Assembly (NCBI GenBank): GCA_951406725.2
Contig: OX597822.1
Coordinates: forward strand, 118,916,001 to 118,980,000
Length of the DNA: 64,000 bases
Source of the DNA: Octopus vulgaris
Lineage: Eukaryota
Direction: 5' to 3'
A program made the translations under genes and the position numbers. The notes beneath the pieces were generated by a model that did not search any database, was not told the DNA's origin, and saw only the letters and a program-made list of their open reading frames with translations. The stretch's first letter is position 1, and every line of letters starts with the position of its first letter. Shown piece by piece: positions 27,202 through 39,757 of this stretch.

Positions 27202-28343
27202 GTTGACGCGGGTGGTCCTGTCCAACCTTCCCTTGAGCACATCCCTTATGCCATTGAACGCCTTCCATCCGGCCCTTACTCTCCGTGAGGTCTCCTTTTT
27301 GATATCTCGGCACATATTCACTTCCTGTCCCAGGTAGACATATTCCTTTACCTCCTCTATTTCATCACTGCCGATCACCATTCGACCTGTTGGTACGTTG
27401 TCTGACCACATGAACTTTGTTTTCATGCGGTTCATCTTGAGACCTACTGTAGAACTTTTGATGTCGAGCTCCGTCAGCATGGTCTGAAGCTGATCCATGT
27501 TTTCAGCGATGAGTACGATGTCGTCAGCGAAACGGAGGTGAGTGAGGAGCTCGCCATTGATGTTGACACCACCTTGCCATTCGATGCCTCTGATGATCTG
27601 TTCGAGACATGCAGTGAAAAGTTTTGGGGAGATTGTATCTCCTTACTTCACTCCCTTCTCGATCGGCACTCGTATGGGTGATGACAGTAGAGCTATGTCG
27701 GTGGTGCATCCGGAATTTGCCTCTCTGAGCAGCTGCACATATTGCGCTTCGATTCCTTGCCTCTGCAGCGAGTTCAGCACTGCGTTGGTTTCGACGCTAT
27801 CGAAAGCCTTCTCATAATCTATAAACGCAACGCAAAGAGGCAGCTTGTACTCATTTGCTCGCTCAAGCAGTTGCGTTAGAGCAAATATATGGTCCATTGT
27901 GCTGTAGTTCTGCCTGCAATGTTATATGGTAGTGAAACATGGGCTACCACAAAGAGAGAAGAGCAAAGACTGATAAAGGCTCAAAGAGCCATGGAAAGGT
28001 CAATGATTGGTATCTCGTTGAGAGAGCACATAAATAGCAACATCATCAGAAAGAAGTCCGGCGTGAGAGATGTCATTGCAGAGTATACTCACAGCAAGTA
28101 TAGATGGGCTGGACACGTCGCCCGGCTCACCGATAATCGGTGGACGCATGCAGTTGTCGAGTGGTACCCGCGTGAGCGGAAAAGACCACCCGGAAGACCT
28201 CCACGACGGTGGAGTGACGATTTCAAGAGGACGATTGGGATCACGTGGATGAGAAAGGCGCAATCCAGAGAGGAGTGGACAGCGTGCTATGACCAGCGGT
28301 GTCAAATGGACGCCTGACGGACTGGTCGGTCAAAGTGATCAAA

Positions 28344-28347
<4 letters not shown>
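27198..28347. mobile_element. RTE-1-like LINE with 5' inversion (27198-27897 minus, about 27896-28347 plus) inside (TA)n
   Basis: Minus piece DHIF..IDYEKAFD..KGV..LRFADD..YVYLG..RVNL; plus piece VLPAMLYGSETW..RWAGHVAR..GRPPRRW; tail (tcaaagtga)2. Confidence 0.92.
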
Positions 28348-28380
<33 letters not shown>

Positions 28381-28386
<6 letters not shown>

Positions 28387-29040
28387 TTTATTATTAAAGC
28401 TGCAAAATCATCACAAAAATATCACAACTTTAGATTACACTTTTGAGTTTCAGTCACAAATGTCCGACGAACGGGAATGCGAACCTCTGAGTAGCAGTTT
28501 TTTTGTGATATTTTTGTGATGTTTTTGCAGCTTTAATAATAAAGTATATTACTCTGCCACAGACTTTTATACATTTACTAGCAGTATCGCCCGGCGTTGC
28601 TCGGGTTTGTAAGGGAAATAATTATATAAGCATTTTTAGAGATGTAAAGTATAATAGCCATCTCAATATGGCTAACCACAAAGGGGGAGGGGTGTTACTG
28701 TAGCTTTTTACGTTCTGAGATTTAATAATAAATTTTAGAAAGTTACTTCCCTTATATATGTCAAAAATGGATTAAAAATGGGAAAAATTGATGGTAAATT
28801 TTTTTTAAAATCGTAGACTCATCGTAGACGCGCGCTAATACCCAGACGGTCTCGATATGAATCACGACTATAAGATACCCGGTTTTGGTTAAACTGCACC
28901 GCAAAATGTGGGAGTAGTTAGGAATCTAAATCGTAGGAGACAGACACACAACCTCACTTTTATATATAAAGATTTCCTCTATTTACATAATATTGAGGTC
29001 TCTTTCTTTCTTTTGTTATCTTACTGTTTTTACCAATATA
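28381..29040. mobile_element. Palindromic Penelope-type element H3 (arms 28381-28427 and 28503-28549) with a 3' tail interrupted by a Helitron
   Basis: Inverted arms; central CCGACGA hammerhead-like motif; tail 28973-29040 nearly identical to 39144-39210. Confidence 0.65.
28578..28972 (-). mobile_element. Non-autonomous Helitron, same family as 22412-22813
   Basis: TC and CTAG termini on the minus strand; inserted at A|T (acattta|tttcctc). Confidence 0.9.
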
Positions 29041-29071
29041 CATATATATATATATATAAATATATATATAT

Positions 29072-29395
29072 AGTTACAGAGATGTACTTGCATAGCAAGT
29101 GACTTGATCTGAGATCGTGTGCTGGAACGAAAACAGTTGCAGCGTTGAAGGTGTTTATAAGCCATTTAATAAACACACAAAAACCGTTAGATTCACTTCA
29201 ACATTTAAATTTAATTTGTCAAAATATTTTCGTCGCTTTGAGACCGCGACCTGTTAGCACGATATTTTTGTCAGTGAACAGGTCGCGGTCTGAAAGCGAC
29301 AAAAATATTTTGGCAAATTAAATTTAAATGTTGAAGTGAATGTAACGGTTTTTGTGTGTTTCTTAAATGGCTTACAAACACCTTCCACGCTGCAA
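29072..29395. mobile_element. Palindromic element H1 (119-bp arms 29137-29255 and 29277-29395) with variant hammerheads; partial copy at 41018-41157
   Basis: Near-perfect inverted repeat flanked by (TA)n. Confidence 0.8.
29267..29317 (+). ncRNA. Minimal type-I hammerhead-like ribozyme with G3-C8 core (GUGAACA)
   Basis: Stem I tttgtca/tggcaaa, core GTGAACA, stem II GTCGC/GCGAC, palindromic stem III AATATT; G12>A in this arm, but GAAA is intact in the opposite arm. Confidence 0.6.
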
Positions 29396-29413
29396 TATAT
29401 ATATACACACATA

Positions 29414-29448
<35 letters not shown>

Positions 29449-29769
29449 GTGTATATGTGTATGCATGTATGTGTGTGTGTGTGCGTGTCTGTGCTTGTGA
29501 TTGTCCTCCACCACTGCTTGACAACGAATGTTGGTTTGTTTACATCCCTGTCACCTAGTGGTTTGACAAAGGAAACAGATAGAATAAGTACAATGCTTAC
29601 AAAAATAAAACTGGAGTTGATTCATTAAACTACAATTCTTCAAGGCATTGCCCCAGCATGGCCACAGACCAATGGCTGGAAAAAGCAGAAGAATAAAAGA
29701 ATACATTCTCTGCTTTGGTCTTATGTTCAAGGCATGAGAAAGCTTGAGTTTACATGAGAAGGCCTAACA

Positions 29770-30032
29770 GACCTGGTAGAAACAGCAGCCAAATCTCCCT
29801 CAAATCACACCTTACTGTCTTATGTATGTATATATATATGAGCCAATGAGGGGGACCTCTACATGGTAGCTAGACCTGGTAGAAATAGCAGCCAAATTTC
29901 CCCCAAATCACACCTTACTGTCTTATCTATGTATATATGTATGTATGAGCCTATGAGGGAGACCCCTACATGGCAGCTAGACATGGTAGAAATAGCAGCC
30001 AAATCTCCCTCAAATCACACCTTACTGTCTTA
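29770..30032 (+). repeat. Three tandem ~100-108 bp units
   Basis: agac(c/a)tggtagaaa(c/t)agcagccaaat.tccc.caaatcacaccttactgtcttat at about 29770, 29872 and 29979. Confidence 0.9.
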
Positions 30033-30582
30033 TCTTTCTGCTACTTGGATATAGGTCTTATATTCGTCGTAAAAAAACTTTCCTGTCACACACTCACGCA
30101 CACGCACACACACACACGCGCACCCTCACACACACACACACGCACACACACACACACACACACACACGCACGTTAGCTTACAATTTTATTTATATATTTG
30201 CGCGTCTATGTGTGGAAAGTGGAAGTGGGAGGCAGAGTGAAAGAATCACTCACTACAGTAAGTGAATTAGTTTCATTTTATTCGTTGCCCACTGTGTGTG
30301 TGCGTTTGCGTGTGGTGTAAACCAGACTAAGAAAAGCATTTGACACACACACCAGAATGTGAGATTTCTGTAAATTTTGCTTAATTGGAGTTTAAATTTT
30401 AAAAACTGGACCTGGCATGACGCGATGCATTGTACTCTTAAAAATGCAAGGTAAATTGTAATTGAAGAAATCCTATATTGTAGATTTGTATAACTCCCAA
30501 AGGGAGGCAGATAAAATCTGCCTTTTATAATAAGAGATATATTTATACATATTATATATATATATCTATGTGTATATATATC

Positions 30583-30632
<50 letters not shown>

Positions 30633-31600
30633 TGTGTATGTGTGTATGAATGCGTGTGTATGTGTGTTTATCTGTATATATTTCCATTCATATGCGTTAA
30701 CTACAGCATTAGAGTGGATTAGCAATGTAGGTGTTTCCTAACACCCTAGTCACGTTTAGTAACAATTATAATTCTCTTTTTTGGTGAAACATTGCGAACT
30801 GCTGTTTATATTAATTTTATATATACGCATTAGCGAATCGCTAAATCATCCAATAATTTGAATGACGGAAACATAAATACTAATGGCGAAGCGAGTCCGG
30901 AAAGATCTAAGCAATCGAGTGATCTTAACTGATGAGGCAACAGATATTGCCGAAACTGACGTCAGTGTTATGAATTCTCTATTGGCGCTTTTCGGACGAT
31001 TATGGTCTCTGTTGGTGTCTATGTCTTCATTCAGGTGCTTTAACAACAGCATTGGAGCGATTTAGTTCTAATTTCCAGCAATGTAGGTGTTTCCTAACAC
31101 CCGAGTCACATTTGGTGACAATTATAATTCCTCTTGCAAACATTGCAAACTGCTGCTTATATTAATTTCATCAGGGTAGCAAAAAATTCAATAGAAATTT
31201 TTTCGCCACCAGCGGTCTAGTGAGAAAGAAAAAAATAGTCAACAGACTATATAATGTACATTCAACAATAATATTAAGGAATGGCCTTAATAGGCCATTC
31301 AACTCACAAAAACGAGCAGCCAAACTCAAACCGCTAAATAGTAGTAATTTAGAAATCGAAGGAAAATTAAAAACATTTACCCTTATCATCTTTGGACTAT
31401 GCATCGTTTCGACGTACTTTTTGGCAAACCTGCTTAATTAAATTAAATTTAAATTAATCAAGTCAATTTACCACTGGCCCGTCTCATCGGCAAAGAAGCC
31501 AGGGGAATATATATTCCACGAGGCAACAGCATCGATGCCTTGGGAATATATACTCTAAATTTTCAAAATCTACCGTCATCGCGCCAACTTATCAGCAGCA

Positions 31601-31668
<68 letters not shown>

Positions 31669-31779
31669 CACTGTGTGTGTGTTCTAATTTTTAATTATAT
31701 AAGCCTTCTACTGAGGAGAGAGCAGATTTCTAACAAAGACACATGGTTCCATCTTTTGGATGTACTTAACGGAGACAAA

Positions 31780-32965
31780 CTCACATTTGAAACTTGAGAA
31801 AAGTCTTGCGTATTTTTACTCACGAATCAGCCGGTTGTAACGTACGAATTCCAGTTTATCCAGATTCTCCTTTAAGCATTTACTAACAAAACCTAATGCT
31901 CCAATTACTATTGGTATGAATATGAATACGTAGTCTGGAAGTAGAAGCTGGAGGTTCCGATGCAGTTGTCCATAGATACACTCCTTGTCTTTGATTTTCA
32001 AAGAGATTTTTATAACTGTAGAGCTGCTGACCTCTATGATGGCACATACCTTTGCCCCTCTGTCCCAAACAAATATATACGACCTGTTTTGTTTACAATT
32101 GTCAGAAGTTTTGCTGGGAATATTCTACCAGTATTCCCTGAGTTGGTGTTTATGAGGGATATTCTAAGTTTATTTCAGGACAGTCTTTTTTACGGGTGGC
32201 ATTGTAAATTGTTTTATCGACAACATCGTGCCGCATAGAGAGGTAGTACCGTGACAACATTTTAGGACAGCTGCTAATCACATGCGTGATGTCTTCCACA
32301 GAAACATGACATAGCGTACATATGCGGTTGCACCTTGGGGTTACAAGAGCGTCACTGTCTCTCTTGTTCACCAAGTACCTTGTGGCACTCACCTGTTCCT
32401 GGATTGCAAACGCATAGCCTTCAAAGTGTGATGTGATTTAGTAGTCCTGTGTCCGAGAGAGACTTCACTTCGTGTCAATTCTACTGTCTTCTTCAAGCTT
32501 CTGGACAACATACCCATGTATAATTTTTTTTTTGTATGCTGAATGTTTTCCATCCAGATCTTCTCTCGGGTAAGAGAGCCCAGCTGTTTTGGGCCTGCAC
32601 AGCAAATCATCAGAAAGAGAGTGCTTCTTGTGGAGTTCACTGCCAACTCATACAATGTTGCTCACCTCACTTTTCAGGACTACATTTATATATTTATTTT
32701 TACTGCTGTTATTTATCAGGTGCTGCCTGAAGGGATACTATACAGCATTCGAAGGCCGTCTGCACTGATTTCAGGCCTCTATCACCTTCATTTCCTGTTA
32801 GATAGAGCCTGTCAACATTACTGTGTCTGTGGAAGTTCCCAGTTGCTGTCAGGATTTTGCGGGTCTTGACATCTATGGAGTGGATTTCCTCTACAGACCA
32901 ATCAAGTATCCCAACTGCTGGGATCAGCTCTGGTACTGCAAATGCATTGTGGGATATTGTTTTGC
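31780..32965 (-). mobile_element. R4/Dong-type non-LTR retrotransposon 3' part
   Basis: HNAFAVP..GILDW..IDVKTRKILT..FH..SNVDRLYL...GLKS; CCHC CTLC..EDITHVISSC; RHD; PIVIGALG. Confidence 0.85.
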
Positions 32966-32997
<32 letters not shown>

Positions 32998-33214
32998 TGT
33001 ATGTATGTATGTATGTATGTATGTATGTATGTATGTATGTATGTATGGATGGATGGATGTATGCGTTTGTATGTATGTATTGTTACAGGCATTCTGACCA
33101 AGTTCCCAATTGTCGTCATGGTAGTGTAAAATTTATGGTGAAATTTGTTCCTCAATGTCACAGATCAGCTGCTGGGAAAGGCTGGATAAGTTAAGGCTAT
33201 ATTTCCTAGAGTGT

Positions 33215-33610
33215 GACAGGAAACATATGCCGTTATATACGTCTGGAACATTCTGGGAAGACTTGCACTAAACTTTGGCCCCGAACAGATCATCACCGCA
33301 TGGTGCCAAATATCAAATCCTCACCGTCCAGTTTTAGGATAAGGTCGACAACTTTTCAACATTCTACCGAAACAGTTAAGAGGCCTACATGATGTGGGTG
33401 TAAATGTCTTCAAAAAGCGACTGCACTTTCTACTGTCTAGAATTCTAGTTGAGCCTACATTATGGCGAAGAACACAACTGAGGGCAACAACTTCGAAATC
33501 ATTCATCAAATGCCTACCGCAAAAGGAGGATCTGTAAAAGCGTAGCAACACCAAGAGCGTGCCCCAGCATGGCCACAGCTTACGGGCTGAACCAAGTAAA
33601 AGATAAAGAT
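33215..33610 (+). mobile_element. CR1-type LINE 3' fragment, related to 54685-56206
   Basis: YAVIYVWNIL, QLFNILPKQLRGLHDVGVNVFKKRL; tail gtgccccagcatggccacagc..gggctgaacc. Confidence 0.75.
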
Positions 33611-34171
33611 ATAACACAATCTCTTGATACCCTTGATTCTTACCTCACATTCGTTCATTTGGCATTTTCTGTTTGATCAATGATGCATGTAGAAAATGTT
33701 TCCCATAGGAAACCGATTACCCGATAGGATCCCGTGGGTAACATCCACGAATGCATAATCCCATATCCTCTTCCTTCCCCCTTATTCGCGATCAGTGTCT
33801 CATAGAACAGCGGATTACAAGAAGAAGAAAAAAAACACGTTGCAGTTTCAATCTTCTTGGAGATTCCTTCTCTTTCCAAAGTGGTTCTCTCTTCACTCTC
33901 TCTCTCTCTCTCTCTGCAAATATTTACAGCAAAAATATTTGTGTTCAAAAATAGTGAAATATTTATCGGTTGAGTAAATGGAATGGTAATGTTGAATAGG
34001 AAACATAACGTGACAGAAATTGTTTGTTTGAAGTAAGGTTGGTGAAACAGTGGCGTAATCAGTGTGGGAAATGGTTTTGGAAGCCATTTAGATAAAGCAG
34101 ACGATAAAACAGCGAGTGCATGGCAGATGATATTTCGTACTCAGTTATCACCAACGCTGCCAATGATACTC

Positions 34172-34280
34172 TACTGCTACTACTACAACTACTACCACCA
34201 CCACCACCACCACCACCACCACCGCCGCCGCTGCCGCTGCCGCCGCAGCCGCCGCCGCCGCAGCCGCCGCCGCCGCCGCA

Positions 34281-34320
<40 letters not shown>

Positions 34321-34442
34321 ACGCCGCAGCCGCCGCCGCCGCCGCCGACGCCGCCGCCAACACCACCACCACCACCACCACCACCACCACCACCACCACC
34401 ACCGCCGCCGCTGCCGCTGCCGCTGCCGCCGCCGCCGCCACC

Positions 34443-34522
<80 letters not shown>

Positions 34523-34604
34523 CGCCGCCGCTGCCGCCGCTGCCGCCGCTGCCGCCGCTGCCGCCGCTGCCGCCGCTGCCGACGCCGCCGCCACCACCAC
34601 CACC

Positions 34605-34644
<40 letters not shown>

Positions 34645-34700
34645 ATAATAATAATAATAATAATGATACTGCTACTACAATTGCTGTTGTTGCTGCTTAT
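34172..34700. repeat. Compound trinucleotide array (CTA/CCA/CCG/CTG/ATA)
   Basis: Direct reading. Confidence 0.95.
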
Positions 34701-34865
34701 GTGATGATCTAGACAAAAAATGTGTGTGTGTGTGTTTGTAAGCACATGTGCATATATATATGTGTGTGAGTGTATGTATGTGTATGCGCGCGCGTGTGTG
34801 TGTGTTTGTGTGTGTACGTGTGTGTGTTCAGTGATGCAATCATGGAAAATGGAACTCAAAACATG

Positions 34866-34908
<43 letters not shown>

Positions 34909-34971
34909 TTAGTATTTAGTAGAAGCGCAACAGACTTAGTCTTTGAGTCACGCTGTTGCTTCTGGTATAGA

Positions 34972-35890
34972 TTGGGTGTCCCAAAATTAAGGCAACCAAC
35001 TTTTTTCAATTTTGCCAAAGTAAAATGTTGTTATATTTCGGACCCGAGCGTTGCAATATAATGGTAAAGGAAACACAATTATGACACTACCATATTTATT
35101 CGATATGACCACCAATGTTTCGAATCACAGCCATAAGTCTAGATGCGAATGCTTCACACACGGAACGCAGCTGTTCTTGCGAAATCGAAGCCCATTCCTG
35201 CTGCAGTTTTGCCTTCAGAGAGTCGAGCGAAGCATGAGAAGTGCTCGAGTCATTCGTCTCCAAAATGGACAAAGAGAAAAATCCAGCGGGTTGAGATCGG
35301 GGCTTCTTGAGGTCCATACATCCTTGCCTGTGAATGACGGAATGTTTTTTCTGAATCCAGTGTTGTGTCTGTTTGGAACTGTGGGATGGTGCCAAGTCCT
35401 GCTGGAGGCTCCACGGTGCTCCTTGAAAGTGCTCATTCTTCCATGGAATCAGTTCAGCTTCCAGAATGTCGCTAATGTATCGCTGGGTGTTAATTGTTAC
35501 AGCCGAGAACACAAAGACGAAGAGAGACCTTCCAGTAGCTGTCACAGCCACCCAAACCATAACTGACTGGATTTTGACGTCGGTTTACGAGTCTACCCTC
35601 GACGGATCTCGATACACTCCAAAGTCGCTCATTCTGGTGGTTTACTGTTTGTTCGATGTCGAATTTCTTTTCATCAGTAAACACCAGGCTGGCAGCGTGC
35701 CATCTACAATCTGACACAGAATAAGACGACTTCTCTCCAGCCTCATGGCCTTATAAAGCTGCGCGAGCTTATGACAGCAGATCATCTTGCAGAGGCGTAT
35801 ATTGAGATCCTCGTTCAGTGCTTGATACATCGATGTTCTGCTTATTTTTGCCGAGGCAGCCAGTTTTCTGGCGGGGCGATGAGTCATCGA
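34972..35890 (-). mobile_element. Tc1/mariner DD37D (maT) transposase remnant, frameshifted
   Basis: FTDEKKF, MVW, QQDLAPSH, SPDLNPLD; 37 residues between the 2nd and 3rd Asp after rejoining frames. Confidence 0.88.
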
Positions 35891-36299
35891 TGCTTTGTCA
35901 GTATTGTGCTTGAAGTGTAGGTGTGCGGTTGTGCACTAAGTTCACATATTCCATTCATCTTCATAATGCCAAGAAACTGTAGAAACATCGCAAACAGCTT
36001 TTGCTATATATGGAAAATATGTAAAATATTGAGACAATCGACGAAAAATATCTGTAATAAAACTCTAATTGATAAATGTAAATTTTTATTAAAACAAAAC
36101 ATGTAGGTGAAGTAAATTTCGTGGTGTGAAGAATCAACACAACGTGTAGATGAAGTGAAACACAACACAACGTGCGGTTGTCATGGTAACAAGCTGTTCA
36201 TGCCTTGCTGTCTGTTGATTGGCTAAAATCAACCAAATTTCTCCAATTTTAATTCCAAATAACATCAGATTCTTTAATGTACGAGATAAAGTAATTGGT

Positions 36300-37480
36300 T
36301 GATCGTAATCAAAATTCAGAACTGCATCGATACACCAAAATTAAAAGGAATCGGGACAAAATTAAAAGGGGTTCATTTTGCGAATGAAACAAACTAGATC
36401 CGTATCCCTGTTGGGTGAAGTAGCGAGCCATGAGTTGGGACAGTGTCTCGAAGTCATGGTCGTCGCTACAGAGCCGGCGGAGACGGAGGTACTGAGAGTA
36501 AGGGGTGGACAGTTTGGTGTGGGTAGGATGTAAGGAGAAGTTAAAATTGGAACGTGAGTGCGTGCGTTTGTAGTGAGTGGAGGAGGTAAGAGAGGAGTGG
36601 TGGATAGTGACAGAAATGTCGAAGTTGATGGAGGTGTGTTGGGGACAGAACAAGAGAAGTCGAGGGTGGAGTAGGACAGGACAAAAGAGAGGAAGCAGTC
36701 AAGATGTTCGCGGGAGAGAGTGTGGTTGCGCCGATGCGGTTGTCAGTGTATAGACCACAGAGCTCAGTGAACTGTGAGAATATTTAGACCTCAACACAGC
36801 CGATGAACAGGTTCGCATAGTTACGACCTATTCTCTTTCCTATGGCCACTCCCGAGACCTGGTAATAAAATTCACTCACGAACGAGAAGCAATTAAGAGA
36901 GGGGACGGGTTCACCCAAACAGAGGAAGATAGAGGTATCAAGCTGAGGAAGAAGACGAGGATAGGAGCAAATGTTTTAAAGCAAGGAAACTTTCATTGTG
37001 AAGGATAACGATTTGATATTAGGGGTGAACAGGAATCTGAAGGGAGCGAGAGGAAAGGAGAAATAATTGAAAAGATGAAGAGCATGGTTAGTGCGATGAA
37101 TGTGTGAGGGGAGAGAAGCCACAAGGAGAGCGAGGACAAGGTCGAGATATTTGGAGATGAGTTCGATGGGGCAGCCGCTGGTGGAAACAATTGGGCGGAG
37201 TCTTGAAAGGAAGTAAATGGTGGGGGTGCGTGAGGTACGACAATGAGGTTGGAGACGGTGGAGAGTAGAAGAGAGCAGGAAATATGATCGTGAATAATAG
37301 AAGAAACAATTTGTTGATAGTGTGACGTGGGGTTGGAGGGTAGAGAGCGATGAAGGAGGTGACTAGGAGTTGGCGGAGCGCCTCAGACTTGCAGTAGTCT
37401 ACACACCACACAAACACAGCTCCACCTTTGTTAGCCGGTTCAATGAATGATGTCTTGACGGCATCGGAAGCAGAGCAGCG
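36300..37480 (-). mobile_element. Penelope-like element RT remnant
   Basis: PANKGGAVFVW..KSEALRQL; YYQVSGVAIG..YANLFIG; HYK.THS..HP.HTK.S.PYSQYLRLRRLCS. Confidence 0.85.
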
Positions 37481-37907
37481 CAGAGAGTTCGGCTCGGGAG
37501 ATGATGATGATGATCATCACCATGGTCGTGATGATTATGATCGATGATGATGAAGTACGAAGACGAACACAGTGATTGTCAAGGTAATAATAGTTCTGTG
37601 CATTTCGATTGTTCTGGAATGATTATTAAGTTTTGATTTCAGCCAATGGAAATAAATAGCAACCGCAACTGAAGCGTGAAAATGGCAGACTCAGCAGACA
37701 TTTTGTTGTCGCTTGAATATAAATACAATGCAGTGATTTAAGGTTCATTGCAGATCGACGAGAACGACACAAGAGGTTTATGTTATTGACTTTTTAGAGT
37801 CTAGGCTTGCTTTTGTTAGGCGCAGGCATGATGGTGTGACTACGAAAGTCTGTTCGAAACCACGGTTGAAGTTCGATCACTCTTTGATATATATATATAT
37901 ATATAAT

Positions 37908-39204
37908 AATAATATGTTACATTTACTCAATAGTCAAGATAAAACTCTGAGTTTCAGATGCCGAAGTGGAAATCCACAACACCATCTTTTCGGTTATCTG
38001 GCCATCTGAAAAACGTTATGAAAAAACACCGTTATATAAAGGGAATTTACTGTATTATAATTCTGCTCGCGAACCCACGTGCGTACTTATACGTCACTAT
38101 GAAAACGTACACATCTTCACTCGCATTTTTCGCCAAATATATACGCATATATATATACAAACTCATACACACACACATGCGTACCGTAAAAGTTCATACA
38201 TACGTCTATATACGCACAAGCACAAGAAAAACCATGGTCAAAGGTAACAGAAAAAAACAAGGAAGGATACAAAGCATAAAAACCACGTTCATATACGGAC
38301 ATGCCCCTATGCACTCATACACACACAAGCCCATATATGTACATACCCGCACATATTTATATACGCATACATACACACGCATATACAAAAAATGAATATA
38401 CATATATCCCCCCCGCCCCAAAAAATTGGAAAAATACTAAGTAAAAACGTCTCTATATATACATGTGCATTGTTATGGCCGCACACGCACACATCTAAAA
38501 CTGCCCACTCATACATATTCACACACATTTAAAAATGAATCTATATACACGTCTATATAGGCACAGGAAAAAATGCAGGATAGAAGAGTACAGAAAAAAT
38601 TATTATGTGTGAAAATATAAAAATATATGAAATAATAAAAGGTATAATGAGATAAAAAAACTTTTGGGGACATAATATAGAAAGCAAGTTCTATCTGTTT
38701 TCTTTGGGGACCAAAAACGTAACATAAATTTAGTCACATGTGGGCATGATCCGAAAAGTTCTGTCCTTGAGTTTAGACATGTAGTAGGGTCTAAGCTGCT
38801 TTAACCATGGTTTTTCTTGTGCTTGTGCGTATATAGACGTATGTATGAACTTTTACAGTACGCATGTGTGTGTGTATGAGTTTGTATATATATATGCGTA
38901 TATATTTGGCGAAAAATGCGAGTGAAGATGTGTACGTTTTCATAGTGACGTATAAGTACGCACGTGGGTTCGCGAGCAGAATTATAATACAGTAAATTCC
39001 CTTTATATAACGGTGTTTTTTCATAACGTTTTTCAGATGGTCAGATAACCGAAAAGATGGTGTTGTGGATTTCCACTTCGGCATCTGAAACTCAGAGTTT
39101 TATCTTGACTATCGAGTAATGTAACATATTATTTTATAGATAAATTTCCTCTATTTACATAATATTGAGGTCTCTTTCTTTCTTTTGTTATTTTACCGTT
39201 TTTA

Positions 39205-39210
<6 letters not shown>
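37908..39210. mobile_element. Inverted-repeat element H4 (arms 37908-38243 and 38799-39133) with outward-facing hammerhead-like motifs and a 3' tail
   Basis: ~335-bp nearly identical inverted arms, flanked by (TA)n. Confidence 0.8.
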
Positions 39211-39251
<41 letters not shown>

Positions 39252-39318
39252 GTGATCATCATCATCATCATCATCATCATCATTTAGCGTCCGCTTTCCA
39301 TGCTAGCATGGGTTGGAC

Positions 39319-39344
<26 letters not shown>

Positions 39345-39351
<7 letters not shown>

Positions 39352-39757
39352 GTATCCTTTTGTCTCGGGAGACAATGGAGTTGCGCATAAACTAATCCAG
39401 TCTGGTTTTTACATTTCATGTCCCCTCCAGTTTTGCGCAGGCCTGGGCTAGATGTAAAATAATCCTGGGTAGCCCAATCGTCAGGATTCCTCTTTCGACC
39501 TTGCTGACGTAGTCTAAAGGAGTGCAGAGCACTACGCTTGGCACCAGCTTGGTCGCAGGAACTACCGGAAGAGAGTCTAGTCGAACACTAAACCGCCTAT
39601 GGAGTTCCACTCCGGATTTCTTTGAAGGTTATCTCCTTTCCGTAACCCTGGATAGGGGCCAATACCGGGTACTGTCAGCAGGAGCCAGCTGAGCCCGGGA
39701 CTCGTGTCAAGCAGGGTCGTCACTCCCTGAAGTAGTGAAGAAAATCGCTACCCACTA

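Noticed and set aside
34059-35018. 319-aa Gly/Ser-rich and 194-aa Pro-rich ORFs
   Set aside because: Produced by a trinucleotide array; no domain or splice evidence.
37958-39084. Twin ORFs beginning MPKWKSTTPSFRLS on opposite strands
   Set aside because: A consequence of the inverted repeat; low complexity, with no recognisable protein motifs.
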